Shown: piece after piece, positions 1-10,119 of the stretch
Position numbering within the stretch: the first letter of the stretch is position 1
Layout: every line of letters begins with the position of its first letter
DNA from: a virus
Strand: one strand, 5' to 3'
IMG/VR virus record: IMGVR_UViG_3300033489_000003
Span: 32,001-96,000 of that record
Length of the DNA stretch: 64,000 nt
Translations under genes and position numbers: made by a program
The notes under the pieces: generated by a model
Seen by the model: the letters and a program-made list of their open reading frames with translations, nothing else
Told to the model about the DNA's origin: nothing
The model's database searches: none

Positions 1-1
1 C

Positions 2-805
2 GAAGACGCGGTAGACGGGCTTCTCGCCGTCACGCACATCGCACCCGGTACCAACGGGCAGTTTCTCGGCACCGTCGGTGGCGTCACTACGTGGACCGCG
101 GTCCCGATCGGCTCCATTACGCCGGGCGCTGCCAACACGGTCCTGACGACCAACGCGGGCGCGACGGCAACGGCTTGGACGCTAGCGGTCAATGCGAACA
201 TCGATCCGGCGGCGGCGATTGCCGTCACGAAGCTCGCGCCCGGTGGGCTCAATTACACGCTCATCACCGACGGTACCGGCACGATCGTCTGGTCGCCGGG
301 TGTGCCTGGCACGGGTACGCTGCTAGGCGACGTCACGGGCCCGCTCGCCACCAACGTCGTCGAGCGCATCCACGGCACCACCGTCCCCGCGGGCGGCGCT
401 CTCCTGGTCGGCCAATCGCTCCGCGCGACCGGTCTCGCCGCGTCCGCGTGGGGCGCCGTCGACCTATCCAACTCGAACGCCGTCATCAACGCCCTTCCGC
501 TCGCCAACATCGCGCAGGGCGGCGCCGTCCTCAACGACGTCATGCGGTGGAACGGTGGCGTGTGGGACCCGGAGCCGATTGGCAACCTGCTGCCGCCGAG
601 TGCGACCGCGGTGCAGATCGTGGCCGATATGCCGGCGCTCGAGCTGCTCCTCGTGACACCACTCGCCGATCGGATCCTCTGCATCGTGCAAACGCCAACA
701 CGTCTCTACTGGCTCGACAAGGGCGCTACGCCAGCGGCTAGCGGCGACGACGAACTTCCGCCCGCCAACGGTGGCGGCGCGTGGCGCTTCAAGGAGGCGG
801 CGTAG
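2..805 (+). CDS. Tail fibre-like structural protein (5'-truncated by window edge)
   Basis: Frame is open from base 2 (EDAVDGLLAVTHIAPG...) to TAG at 805; G/A/T-rich low-complexity sequence; first gene of a coupled + strand run. Confidence 0.6.
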   Translation, partial: EDAVDGLLAVTHIAPGTNGQFLGTVGGVTTWTAVPIGSITPGAANTVLTTNAGATATAWTLAVNANIDPAAAIAVTKLAPGGLNYTLITDGTGTIVWSPGVPGTGTLLGDVTGPLATNVVERIHGTTVPAGGALLVGQSLRATGLAASAWGAVDLSNSNAVINALPLANIAQGGAVLNDVMRWNGGVWDPEPIGNLLPPSATAVQIVADMPALELLLVTPLADRILCIVQTPTRLYWLDKGATPAASGDDELPPANGGGAWRFKEAA

Positions 806-2067
806 TGAGCATCACGGAGCGGATGGCCGCCATCCACATTGATTCAGCTGCGGCCAACAACCGCGGCGACGGCGCGACGGCGGGCACGGCGTGGCGAGAC
901 GCAGAAGAGCTTACGCGGCGACTCGGTCGCGGGACGGCATGGTTTCGTCAGCCCACCACGATCACCTATCACGGTAACACCATTGATCCAGACGCGGCGC
1001 GCTTCGACGCCGTCATCGGAAACAATTCGAATCTAACACTTCAAGGCGTTGCAAGTGTTGTGGCATCAGGAACGCTTACGAATTTCACAGCGTTTAACCG
1101 AACGCCTGGATCCGAAGCGCTCAACCTCGTTGAGGCGACAGGACTCTCAGGAGGGTTCGCCGCACACGCCGGCCGATACATGCGCATAAGCGGAGGAGCC
1201 CGCGCCGGTAATGGCTGGTGGATTCACGAATCATTCGGCACTTCCGCGTCAATCTCCACACCTGGCACCATTCCGTTTCCTTTCATTTCTACTGGGTTCA
1301 CGCGAGCGACCCCGCAAGCAGGCGACCCGTTCGAGATCGTAACCTATCCGGTCGTGCATTGTGCTGATTGGCGTTTCGGCTCAGGCGATAACCAAGTTGT
1401 ATTCGGTGGAGCCGGGTTCAACCAAGTCAACGTTCAGGACATCGAACTGGACTTCGGTGGCGAGAATACAGGTTTGCAGCATGATACTGGCAGCGCAATC
1501 TCTTCCACCGTCACTGGCGTCTTCTTTAGGAGATGCAACATTTGGACGCCGTCAATCTTCGCTGGCTCAGGGTTCACTCAATTCTACCAGTGCAATTTCC
1601 GCGGTAACACGGTTGTCCTCTCTGGACTACTCGTACGGTTCGTCGCTTGTCGCCACAAGGACAACACAGCGTCGCTGGCGGTCCGCGGAGGTAGTAACGC
1701 AGTATTAGACTTCGACGACCTCTTCGACGCGAGCGCCATCTTTTGTGTCGACCGTGGAAGTGTTGTCGTTGGGACCGCTTGTATCTTCAATCGCGGCGCC
1801 GATCGTGTCGTGCTGATCGATCCTGGATGCCAAGTGTGGCTCACGCAAGTGTCCACAGAGATACCGGCGCTATGGGGCACCAACAACCCAACGCACGGCG
1901 TAACGGTGGGTGCTGGCGCTAGACTCATAGTGGATGCTGGCTCGTCCGTGACGGTGAACAAGACGCTTGGCGCCGGAAGGGAGATGCTCGTCGGCGGTCA
2001 GGACGTTCTATACAGTCAGATCAACGGGTCGATCACTAACAACGGTGCAACGGTGGCGTTCTTATGA
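805..2067 (+). CDS. Tail spike/beta-helix-like protein
   Basis: GTG overlaps the previous TAG, RBS AAGGAGG; N-terminal 'GDGATAGTAWRD' motif; repetitive beta-strand pattern. Confidence 0.55.
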   Translation: MSITERMAAIHIDSAAANNRGDGATAGTAWRDAEELTRRLGRGTAWFRQPTTITYHGNTIDPDAARFDAVIGNNSNLTLQGVASVVASGTLTNFTAFNRTPGSEALNLVEATGLSGGFAAHAGRYMRISGGARAGNGWWIHESFGTSASISTPGTIPFPFISTGFTRATPQAGDPFEIVTYPVVHCADWRFGSGDNQVVFGGAGFNQVNVQDIELDFGGENTGLQHDTGSAISSTVTGVFFRRCNIWTPSIFAGSGFTQFYQCNFRGNTVVLSGLLVRFVACRHKDNTASLAVRGGSNAVLDFDDLFDASAIFCVDRGSVVVGTACIFNRGADRVVLIDPGCQVWLTQVSTEIPALWGTNNPTHGVTVGAGARLIVDAGSSVTVNKTLGAGREMLVGGQDVLYSQINGSITNNGATVAFL

Positions 2068-3764
2068 GCAACAACGCCATCTACGGCTTCGCGAGCACGC
2101 CTAGCGGTACAGCTCCGACTGGAGCTATTGCGTCCAATGCGACGGCCGGAATAGCCTACGTCGGGCAAGGCGGCCTTTGGGTCCCGTTGTTGACCACGAC
2201 GGCAGGCGGCACCGTTACGCTCGCAGGCGACGTCTCCGGCGTAAGCAGCGGCAACGTCGTAGAAAAGCTAACGGGGCTCGCTGGCATCGTAACGCTGGTC
2301 GGCACAACGATCAAACCCGCAACGGTCGTTGGTACTGGGTCAGGCGCGGTCTTCGCGGCCGGAGACAGCAGCGGCGATGTTGGTGGTCTTCTAAAGCTCT
2401 ACGGGGGCGGCGGTGTCACGCCTGGAAGCGTCGATATCAAGTCGAGTTCGACATCCGGCGGGCTCTTCATCGATTCGACCAGGCTTTTGGCGAGCGTGGC
2501 GGAGCTGCGATCCACGGTTTCGTTTACCGTCAAGCCAGAAGACGCCACGGGGACTGGGCTAGGGCTACTCGTTGCTGCCGGTGACGGCACCGTAACGGGA
2601 GGTCTACTCAAGCTCTACGGAGGGGGTGGCCCGGCATCCGGATCGGTCGCCATTCAAGCGTCTTCCAGTGAAGGCGGCGTGAACGTGACGGCGGCATCGG
2701 TCACCGTCACGTTGCCGCTGTTGCAGTTCGGGTCGTCGGTATCGGCTCCGGTCATCGGGCAGGCCACGATCGCCGGTACGCCAAGCGCGCTGACGGTTCA
2801 GGCGCAGAGCAGCTCGACCACCAAGGGCGGCAACCTATCGCTTGTCACCGGCGCTGGCGCCGGCGGCAGTCACGGTGACATGCTGTTCACCACCGGCGGC
2901 CGGCCAGTCGTAACGTTCTTCGACGCATCGAACCCGATCGTTCACGTTTACTCACCAACTTTTCGCTTTGATGAGTCGACATCTTCGCCTGTCATCTCGC
3001 ATCAAGGTCGCACGGGCGACATCGCTTGCACGGATCTTCGGATCAAGTCGCAGGCGCCGTTCGCTAGCGCGGCCAGCAACAAGCTTCCCGGAAATCTGAT
3101 CTACGAAGTTCCGGCGCCAGCGGCGGGTGGCGACCCGCCCGGCTACCACAGCTTCCTCGTTTCCGACGTTGAGTACGTCAACATCACGACGGCGCAGGTA
3201 ACGCTCAACACTGCGGTGGTGTTCACCCGCTCATTTTTGGCTGGTGGCAGCCGAACAATCTACTGCGACATAGCGGGGGCTGGGCTCAACGGCAACAACT
3301 TCAACTTCGAGGGGCAGCAGGGCGGAGCCGGCACCACCAACGGCGGCGACGTCCACATCAGCGGCGGGCCGGCTTCGGGCGCCGGAATACCTGGCGGTGT
3401 GGTGCTGGAACTCGGCGGCGTCGCAATGGTGCAGCTATCGCAGTTCAACAGCCAGAATGTGCTAGGGCTGTTGGCGGGTGGGGTTTCTGCTGCCAACGTG
3501 CCGGCCGATACCGCCGCCAGTTGCATCTTCGTTGGCGATTGCTCGGTTGCTAGCATCGGCGCCGGGTTTCCTGTCGGTGGCTTCGTCATGTATTCCGACG
3601 ACGGGCGCCCTGGATTCAAGACGGCATTCGGAGCCGGCGCCGTGGGCGAGCGGATGTTCACGTTCGACGGCGAGATGACGGTAGCCGGCGGCGCGCTCGA
3701 CAGATACTTCGTCGTCTACATCGACGGCACGCGTTACAAGTTTCCCGTTCACCTCGACTCATAG
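2064..3764 (+). CDS. Gly-rich tail fibre protein
   Basis: ATGA overlap; 566 aa G/S/T-rich; internal duplicated 'AAGD....GGLLKLYGGGG...GSV.I' module. Confidence 0.65.
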   Translation: MSNNAIYGFASTPSGTAPTGAIASNATAGIAYVGQGGLWVPLLTTTAGGTVTLAGDVSGVSSGNVVEKLTGLAGIVTLVGTTIKPATVVGTGSGAVFAAGDSSGDVGGLLKLYGGGGVTPGSVDIKSSSTSGGLFIDSTRLLASVAELRSTVSFTVKPEDATGTGLGLLVAAGDGTVTGGLLKLYGGGGPASGSVAIQASSSEGGVNVTAASVTVTLPLLQFGSSVSAPVIGQATIAGTPSALTVQAQSSSTTKGGNLSLVTGAGAGGSHGDMLFTTGGRPVVTFFDASNPIVHVYSPTFRFDESTSSPVISHQGRTGDIACTDLRIKSQAPFASAASNKLPGNLIYEVPAPAAGGDPPGYHSFLVSDVEYVNITTAQVTLNTAVVFTRSFLAGGSRTIYCDIAGAGLNGNNFNFEGQQGGAGTTNGGDVHISGGPASGAGIPGGVVLELGGVAMVQLSQFNSQNVLGLLAGGVSAANVPADTAASCIFVGDCSVASIGAGFPVGGFVMYSDDGRPGFKTAFGAGAVGERMFTFDGEMTVAGGALDRYFVVYIDGTRYKFPVHLDS

Positions 3765-3830
3765 CGAGTGAGCAGCAGATCCGCGCGAAAGCGCAAACGG
3801 CTTGGCATTTCCAAGCAAGAGGACAGTCAC

Positions 3831-4283
3831 ATGCAATCGTTCCCGTACGTTCCCGATGTTCAACTCACCAACGTGAACCGCACGCCCGCGCTCGACGCGG
3901 ATGGCAAGCCTGTACAGCCGATGACGCACCTTCAGTTTCTGATCGGACGCCTTTCGGACACTGGCCTTACGCAGGGAATGGAGCCCATCAAGGCGTCGCG
4001 GTTCGCGATCAAGCTCTACGACGAGATTGAGGCGCAAGCAGATGTTGCCAAGGCGCGAGGCCACTGGGTGTTCGAGGACGACCGCGCCAATGCGCTCAAG
4101 AGAATCATTCTGAGCCCCACCGTGGGCCCCACCGGCGGCGGATACATTCCGCAGATCCTGCACTGCCTGCTGCCGTTCCTTGAGTCGGCCGAGCAGATGA
4201 AGCCGTGGAAGGACGCCGCTGTTGAGGCGAAGATTCAGAACGGCGCCGAGAAGGCGCTGCCGGAAGTCGCGCAGGCATCGTAA
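3831..4283 (+). CDS. Hypothetical protein (possible fibre chaperone)
   Basis: RBS GAGGA before ATG 3831; follows the fibre gene. Confidence 0.45.
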   Translation: MQSFPYVPDVQLTNVNRTPALDADGKPVQPMTHLQFLIGRLSDTGLTQGMEPIKASRFAIKLYDEIEAQADVAKARGHWVFEDDRANALKRIILSPTVGPTGGGYIPQILHCLLPFLESAEQMKPWKDAAVEAKIQNGAEKALPEVAQAS

Positions 4284-4285
4284 CG

Positions 4286-5284
4286 ATGCGACTTGGTCTT
4301 TCGCTCGACATTGAGTCGTCTGGACTGGCGCGAGCCAATCATGGCAACCCGCTCTACTACGCGGCGCAGTACGGCCTGAAGCTCTTGCTGCGCGCCGACA
4401 AGGGGATTCAGTACGGCCCAACGCTGCGTACCGGCGGAACGACACCGCCCGCGTGGACGATCAGCGGCACTGCCACTCGCCAGGTTGGTTTGCGCGGCAG
4501 AATAGCGTCTGTGGCAGGAGGCACAGGACTAGGTCAGGCCACTTACGATTGGAGCGAGGACAACGGTACGACGTACATCCCAGCGAATTCGGGACTCGTC
4601 ACCGCGGCTGGCCCGACGGCGCTCGGCACGACGGGGCTCTCGGTATCGATGGCCGTCGGCCCTTACAATATCAACAACACGTGGGACATCACAGTCGCGC
4701 AATGGAACGACCAGAGCGGCGCTGGCAATAACGTTGCCCAGGTAACGGCGTCCGCGCAGCCGCTGTTTATTCTAAATGGTCACAACGGCCGACCCGCGCT
4801 TCGTTTCGACGGCACCGATGACAGCTTGCTCAAAGCTGGCGTCGACATGTTCGGCAGCGGTGCATATTCGTGGGTAGTAGCGGCTAAACTGAACTCCGCG
4901 GTTGCGTTAAAAATATTGTTCGGAAACGCCGGCACGGTCGGCGGCGGTAACTACTATTACGTCACGGCGGCCGGGGCCGCGAGAGGCGTTGGGCACCCTG
5001 GCGCATTTGCCGCGACAGACGGGGCGCCTACCACAAACTGGGAGAAGGTGACATTAAGGCGGGCGGCGGCGGCGGCGCCGACGCTTCGCATCGACGGCGC
5101 TAACCAGGCTCTATCTGGCACAACCACAACTCTTGTCGCTCCCACAGGGCCGGTAATCCACATCGGATCCGGCCCTTCCGGGACGTTTCCGCAGCCGTGC
5201 GACGTCTCCGATATCGTAGCCTACGCGGGCGCGTTGCCAGACAGTGTCGCGACGGCACTGGAGGCAGGATTGGAAGGCTTCTAA
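4286..5284 (+). CDS. LamG/concanavalin-like domain virion protein
   Basis: 'VAQWNDQSGAGNN...QP...NGRPALRFDGTDD' is typical of phage LamG-type proteins. Confidence 0.65.
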   Translation: MRLGLSLDIESSGLARANHGNPLYYAAQYGLKLLLRADKGIQYGPTLRTGGTTPPAWTISGTATRQVGLRGRIASVAGGTGLGQATYDWSEDNGTTYIPANSGLVTAAGPTALGTTGLSVSMAVGPYNINNTWDITVAQWNDQSGAGNNVAQVTASAQPLFILNGHNGRPALRFDGTDDSLLKAGVDMFGSGAYSWVVAAKLNSAVALKILFGNAGTVGGGNYYYVTAAGAARGVGHPGAFAATDGAPTTNWEKVTLRRAAAAAPTLRIDGANQALSGTTTTLVAPTGPVIHIGSGPSGTFPQPCDVSDIVAYAGALPDSVATALEAGLEGF

Positions 5285-5577
5285 TGGCCCACGTTGTGTT
5301 CCCCGCCCAGTCTCTAGCTGACGCATTCAGCGCCGCGATCGATGCCGATTTCGGCTATCCGCTCCATAACATTGGCGCGGTTGGCGACTCTACGCCTATC
5401 GGGCTTACGACCCGTTACGCCGCGACGCTGAAGCACCGCACGCTGACCCTTTGGGCTTACCCTTACGATCCCGTCATCGCCGGTAAGTCAGGCCGCGTGC
5501 CTCCGGGCCGAGCGCCGGAAACGATCGATGCAACATGGAACGACGCCACGCCGAACTTGGTTTCCACGAAAACGTAG
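5284..5577 (+). CDS. Hypothetical protein
   Basis: TAATG coupling to the previous gene. Confidence 0.5.
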   Translation: MAHVVFPAQSLADAFSAAIDADFGYPLHNIGAVGDSTPIGLTTRYAATLKHRTLTLWAYPYDPVIAGKSGRVPPGRAPETIDATWNDATPNLVSTKT

Positions 5578-5586
5578 TGGACTTGA

Positions 5587-6201
5587 ATGCCGAAGTCATA
5601 CGACGATCCGGGGGAAGGTGACCCGGTCGACCTTGCGCGCATGGCGCGTGAGGCGAAGGAACGCGCGGCAGAGAAAGCAGCGCGGCGCAGCCATCCTGGC
5701 TTTGAACAGAGCACGCCACCGCCGCGCCAAGAGTGGCCGCCTAAACCACTTGAAGGCGGAGGCGGCTACTCGAGTCCTCCTCCTCCTCCGCGTTCCTATC
5801 GCCCAACGTGGCGCGATCGTCACGCGCGCGGGTGGGGGACAACCAAGGAGATCGGCGGCGGCATCATGTTCGTCGGCGGAATCGTAGTCGCGGTCGTCCT
5901 GTGGGTGAACAGCCGCGCTTCGAAAGAAGACATCGCGAGCCTGACGCACCGCATGGACCCGGTGTGCCTGCCGCCAGAGAGCGACGGTAAGAAGCCGCTA
6001 CCACCATCGCTTACGGAGCGACTCGACGATCTCAAGTCGTCGATCAAAGCTGTCGATTCCAAAGTTTCCGATCCGCAGAACCTTCTGAACAAGCGACTTG
6101 ACCGTCTCGACGAGATTCTGATGTCGATGCACGGTTCGAATACGAAGACGCCAGCGCCGCCGGTATTTGGGCCTACGGCAAAGGCAAAAGGGAGACCGTA
6201 G
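5587..6201 (+). CDS. Single-TM coiled-coil membrane protein
   Basis: TM segment IGGGIMFVGGIVVAVVLWV followed by heptad repeats. Confidence 0.55.
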   Translation: MPKSYDDPGEGDPVDLARMAREAKERAAEKAARRSHPGFEQSTPPPRQEWPPKPLEGGGGYSSPPPPPRSYRPTWRDRHARGWGTTKEIGGGIMFVGGIVVAVVLWVNSRASKEDIASLTHRMDPVCLPPESDGKKPLPPSLTERLDDLKSSIKAVDSKVSDPQNLLNKRLDRLDEILMSMHGSNTKTPAPPVFGPTAKAKGRP

Positions 6202-6287
6202 AACGTGGGTGGGGATAGCAAAGACGGTGCTGATACGCCGTCGTAGCAACGCAACAACGGCGCGTGCCGTAGAAGTGACCCGCTCAG

Positions 6288-6770
6288 ATGAATGACCGCA
6301 ACAACACCATTCCGCCTCCGCCCAACCCAGACCGCGAACGCGACACCGACAGGCCCAATGGTTCAGAGCATGCTGCATCGAATGGCGACAGCGTCCGCAT
6401 TGAGGGCGTCCGCATATCGGAGCAGGTCGCGCTTCGACTGGATGTGTTCGATCAAAACCTGAAGGCTCTTCGGGAGGAGTTCGAACGACTCAACAAGCTA
6501 GACGAACTGCACGCGCTGCTTACCAGCGTTCAGGTCGATACGGATTCGGACCGAAAGGTCACGGTGCTGGATGTGCTCTTGGAGATGAACGCGAAGCTTG
6601 TCGCCGTCAAGGCAAACTCGGAAGTAACGCTCGAGCGTCTCAAGCAGTACGTGAACGAAGTCATCCGCGTTCACGACGACAACAAGCGCATAGAGCTAGA
6701 GCTTGCCGAGCATTCCTTGAAGCTCGCGAAGATCGAATCGAAGTTACCGCCGGCCGTGCACAAGCACTGA
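6288..6770 (+). CDS. Coiled-coil hypothetical protein
   Basis: Leu/Glu heptads. Confidence 0.5.
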   Translation: MNDRNNTIPPPPNPDRERDTDRPNGSEHAASNGDSVRIEGVRISEQVALRLDVFDQNLKALREEFERLNKLDELHALLTSVQVDTDSDRKVTVLDVLLEMNAKLVAVKANSEVTLERLKQYVNEVIRVHDDNKRIELELAEHSLKLAKIESKLPPAVHKH

Positions 6771-6790
6771 CGGTCAAAGGGGACAGACCA

Positions 6791-7093
6791 ATGGATCAAC
6801 TCGTCGCGACCCATTGGTGGGTGATGCCTCTTTACCTGTTCGTGTGGAGCTTTGTGCGGCTGCTGAAGGATGACCACGCCGTGCGGTGGTTTCCGTTGCG
6901 GCTCGCGCCCAAGTACCGCGTTTGGGCCGCGCTCGGCATCGGACTCATCGGCGCCGGCATCGACTGGATCGCGTCGACGAACCCGTGGCTCCAAGCGTTC
7001 CTCGGCGGCTCCGCCGCATCTTGCGCGGCCGTCACGACGCAAGCGCTAATTCTCAGCATCACGGGCGGGCGCGAGCTGGGCGAGGCCGTGTGA
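6791..7093 (+). CDS. Holin-like membrane protein
   Basis: 100 aa with about three hydrophobic segments; late-region context. Confidence 0.45.
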   Translation: MDQLVATHWWVMPLYLFVWSFVRLLKDDHAVRWFPLRLAPKYRVWAALGIGLIGAGIDWIASTNPWLQAFLGGSAASCAAVTTQALILSITGGRELGEAV

Positions 7094-7551
7094 ATCGCCC
7101 CACCTACTTTCACGGCGGGCATCCTGGGCTGAAGATCGGCGAGTTCCTGCTGCCATCGGTCGAGACGGGCGTCCGCGGGCTTGACGACTGGTCGGGCTCC
7201 GCCTCCGAAACGATCGGCCGGTTCGTCTACGTCACGACCAACATGCCGGCGGCTCGCCTGTATGCCGCCATGTACCCAGGCAAGAACGGCGGGACCGTCT
7301 ACGAGGTGTTGCCGGAGGGTGAGATCGTCCTGGATAAGGACTGCGATCTAGCTGGCATCTCCTTCTCTTGCCCGAAGGCGCTCATCATCGCCGAGCACAA
7401 GATTTCGTACGCCGCGGTGCAGTGGTTAAGGTCGTCGATGATGCGCGCGTCGTCTGCCATGATGCGATTGGCCGCGATGGCGGAAGTGGCAGCCGAGATT
7501 CACGCGAGCGAGACCACGGCGGCGCCGGGTACTGACGCCGAACCAAAATGA
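7090..7551 (+). CDS. Arr-like (rifampin ADP-ribosyltransferase family) ART
   Basis: GTGA overlap; motifs YFHGG..LKIGEFLLP, VYVTT...A..YA, GTVYEVLPEG resemble the H-Y ART fold of Arr. Confidence 0.65.
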   Translation: MNRPTYFHGGHPGLKIGEFLLPSVETGVRGLDDWSGSASETIGRFVYVTTNMPAARLYAAMYPGKNGGTVYEVLPEGEIVLDKDCDLAGISFSCPKALIIAEHKISYAAVQWLRSSMMRASSAMMRLAAMAEVAAEIHASETTAAPGTDAEPK

Positions 7552-7799
7552 CCGACCAGAAGCGGCCACCCTATCGGCCCACCTTGACGACCGACGAAGA
7601 AGAGCGCGATCTCGCGTGGGCGACGGAGCCGGACGCCGAGTGGCGCCACAGCGTCACGTGGCAGCTCTATCGGATTAGCGATCTACTGCACAGACTCACG
7701 ACAATGCGCACCGCTGGCGCGTTCGCGATAGCGATGAGCGTACTTTTCCTGGGGGCATTCTGCGGCGAACTCGTTTGGAGACTTTCCGCGCACCACTGA
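7548..7799 (+). CDS. Small membrane protein
   Basis: ATGA overlap; C-terminal TM segment. Confidence 0.5.
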   Translation: MTDQKRPPYRPTLTTDEEERDLAWATEPDAEWRHSVTWQLYRISDLLHRLTTMRTAGAFAIAMSVLFLGAFCGELVWRLSAHH

Positions 7800-7814
7800 T
7801 CGGAGTTGTTAAAG

Positions 7815-8462
7815 ATGAAACGAATCACAATGGCGCTGCCGCTGGCAGCCGCATCGGTACTGGCTTGCTCGCAGGTTTGGGCCGGAGATACGGCTCCCAC
7901 TGGGGAGCTGCATAACGACCTAGGATCGAAGCACTTGGCCGTCATGCTAGCGGCCGTGCTTCTTCCCGTGCTGGTGAAGTTCTTTGGTAACGAAACGGTC
8001 AAGCTGCCGTATTGGGCCGCGAAACTGCGTGTGGCCGCCGTCATCGTTCTTGGCGCACTCGCGACAGTGGCGGACCAGGTTCAAAACGGCGGTGACTTTT
8101 GGGGCGCCGTCACGGCCGCGCTCATCACGACGGCGCCAGCGCTTCTGATCGAGCTACTGCAAAAGTTCGGCGGTGGCGGAGAAGTCGTAGGGCAGACGGC
8201 GAAGAGCGTAAGGCCGCCGATGTTTCCGCCGGCCTTGATGCTGGTGTTGGCGATTGGAGTGATGGGATGCGCGGCGAAGCCGTACATCTGCCCAATCATC
8301 GAGACGGCTGGAGAGTTGTGCAATTTTTTGGTTGTTCGTCTGCCTGACGGGTCGACGGAACAGGTGCCAAAGTCGGCCGTGATCGGCATGGCGATGAGCG
8401 CGCGCGCGGCAAGATTCGAAGCTGCAAAAGCTGGCGCCTCCGACGCTGGCGCCGACCGATGA
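7815..8462 (+). CDS. Multi-TM membrane protein (holin/spanin-like)
   Basis: Signal-like N-terminus, 3-4 TM segments, internal lipobox-like 'GVMGC'. Confidence 0.45.
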   Translation: MKRITMALPLAAASVLACSQVWAGDTAPTGELHNDLGSKHLAVMLAAVLLPVLVKFFGNETVKLPYWAAKLRVAAVIVLGALATVADQVQNGGDFWGAVTAALITTAPALLIELLQKFGGGGEVVGQTAKSVRPPMFPPALMLVLAIGVMGCAAKPYICPIIETAGELCNFLVVRLPDGSTEQVPKSAVIGMAMSARAARFEAAKAGASDAGADR

Positions 8463-8806
8463 GGCTTCGGCTTCTCGTCGTCGCGCTCGTGCTCGTAGCG
8501 TGCAGCAAGCCGACGCCTACGCCAAATCCTGGCCCGGCGCCGCCGTTGCCGCCGCTGCACCCGCCGACCATGGCTTCGTGCGACAACGCGCAAGAGAGGC
8601 TAGCGCTGCTCGATTGTAGACGCGAAGACGGCTCGCCGTGGGCCAGGACGCCTGCGGGCGCACCGTTCGCGGATGCGTGCAAGCGAGCGCTCGCAGATGG
8701 TCGTTCGTGGGGAAGTAATTGCATCGCGCGCATGGCGTCGTGCTCGGAGCTCGATTGCGCGTTCCGTAGCCAGTGCTGCGGGACAGCCGACGGCGGTGCC
8801 GAATGA
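8459..8806 (+). CDS. Cys/Pro-rich lipoprotein (o-spanin-like)
   Basis: Lipobox LVAC, Pro-rich linker, multiple Cys. Confidence 0.55.
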   Translation: MRLRLLVVALVLVACSKPTPTPNPGPAPPLPPLHPPTMASCDNAQERLALLDCRREDGSPWARTPAGAPFADACKRALADGRSWGSNCIARMASCSELDCAFRSQCCGTADGGAE

Positions 8807-9645
8807 CGTTCCTCACGGGCGCACATCCTGACCGCCAAGAGTCGCGCGACCGCGACCGAGTCGACTTCAACTACGCTGCGACCAGCGTACCATCTGCGCT
8901 CGAGACTGAGTCAGACTTCATTCAGCCGATCCGGTGGATCCGAGCGCAGCCAAAGTTCCCCGACTGCGTCGGACAGACGTTCGCCGAGATCGTCGACGCG
9001 CTCGGCTACGATGGCAACCTGCCTGAACCTACGTGGGCGTCCGGCGTGTCGATCTGGCGCGACGCTCGCCGCCGGCAAGGGCTCATCGAGGCAATCGAAA
9101 TCGGGACGCGGCTCGAGTACGCGGTCGACAGCCTCGTGCTGCGCGGCTGGGATCCCTACCGCGAAGGCGAAGACTACGACGATATAGAGGCCGGCAAGGG
9201 CGCCGCGCCAGCTGGCGACGATCTCGCTGACGAGATGTTCGCGGACGACAAGCGGCTTGCAAAGGACATCAAGCGGTACCGCATCCTTGGACTCGGGTCG
9301 GGCGTGCTCGACCAGGTCGACGAAGCACTACGGCGCGGTTGGGGCGTCGGCGTAGGAACCGGGCTATCGGATCTATTCCTGAACTACCAACAGCGAACGC
9401 CAGATCAGCCGGAGCACGTTCTTGGGCTCGACTTCATCGGTGGCACCGAGAACGGTCACGCTCAACGAGTTGCTGGACGCGGCACGTACAACGGACGGCG
9501 CAAGTATCTGCTGCAAAATAGCTGGACCGAAAGCTTCGCCGGATGCCATGCGCCCGACGGCGGCTGGCTTCCTGGATGCGTTTGGGCAGACGAGGCCGTG
9601 ATTGTCGGAGCGCACGACGTGCACGTGCTCGAGATTCGCGTCTGA
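8803..9645 (+). CDS. Papain-like (C1) cysteine peptidase
   Basis: Q..DCVG (catalytic Cys), GHAQ (His), LLQNSW (Asn). Confidence 0.8.
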   Translation: MTFLTGAHPDRQESRDRDRVDFNYAATSVPSALETESDFIQPIRWIRAQPKFPDCVGQTFAEIVDALGYDGNLPEPTWASGVSIWRDARRRQGLIEAIEIGTRLEYAVDSLVLRGWDPYREGEDYDDIEAGKGAAPAGDDLADEMFADDKRLAKDIKRYRILGLGSGVLDQVDEALRRGWGVGVGTGLSDLFLNYQQRTPDQPEHVLGLDFIGGTENGHAQRVAGRGTYNGRRKYLLQNSWTESFAGCHAPDGGWLPGCVWADEAVIVGAHDVHVLEIRV

Positions 9646-9660
9646 AGGGGGAGTACCACC

Positions 9661-9845
9661 ATGTCGATCATAGGTATCATTCTCATCATCATCGTCGTTG
9701 GCGTCTTGCTCTACTTGGTCAACTCCGTCATTCGAAGGTCAAGGTGGTGCTGCAAGTCGTCGTGATTCTCGTCTTGCTCATATGGCTGCTTCAGGTGTTC
9801 GGGCTGCTCGGCGGGTCCACGTTCGGGACCGTCCGCGTGCGTTGA
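9661..9845 (+). pseudogene. Frameshifted small two-TM membrane protein (Thivi_2564-like)
   Basis: MSIIGIILIIIVVGVLLYLVNSVI in one frame; KVKVVLQVVVILVLLIWLLQVFGLLG continues in another frame from about 9733. Confidence 0.6.
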
Positions 9846-10039
9846 GACAGCGCCGCAAGCCCGGCACCGGCTGCGTGACGAAGCGCGGGCCGCGGCGCTG
9901 GGTAGCGTTTGAGCCGAGGCACGGCGGACACGCGGCGCGGCAGGTTCGCATAGCAACACGCCGGACGAGGCGCGCGGCTACGGCGGCGCTTGAAGCGTGG
10001 CTGAATCGGCGCGGTCGGATCGTGACGCGATCCTCATAG
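9842..10039 (+). CDS. Stand-alone integrase arm-type DNA-binding domain
   Basis: TTGA overlap; RRKPGTGCVTKRG.RRWVA...T...A..ALE.W pattern. Confidence 0.4.
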   Translation: MRQRRKPGTGCVTKRGPRRWVAFEPRHGGHAARQVRIATRRTRRAATAALEAWLNRRGRIVTRSS

Positions 10040-10119
10040 TTTCAATACGCATTTCACGTAGACGCATCGACCTCGGGGGAGGCCACTGAGTTGTCCGCAA
10101 CAGGTACAGGAGAAGTTCC

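Noticed and set aside
2331-2680. DGR template/variable repeat in the tail fibre
   Set aside because: In-frame domain duplication with non-adenine-specific differences; no reverse transcriptase in the window
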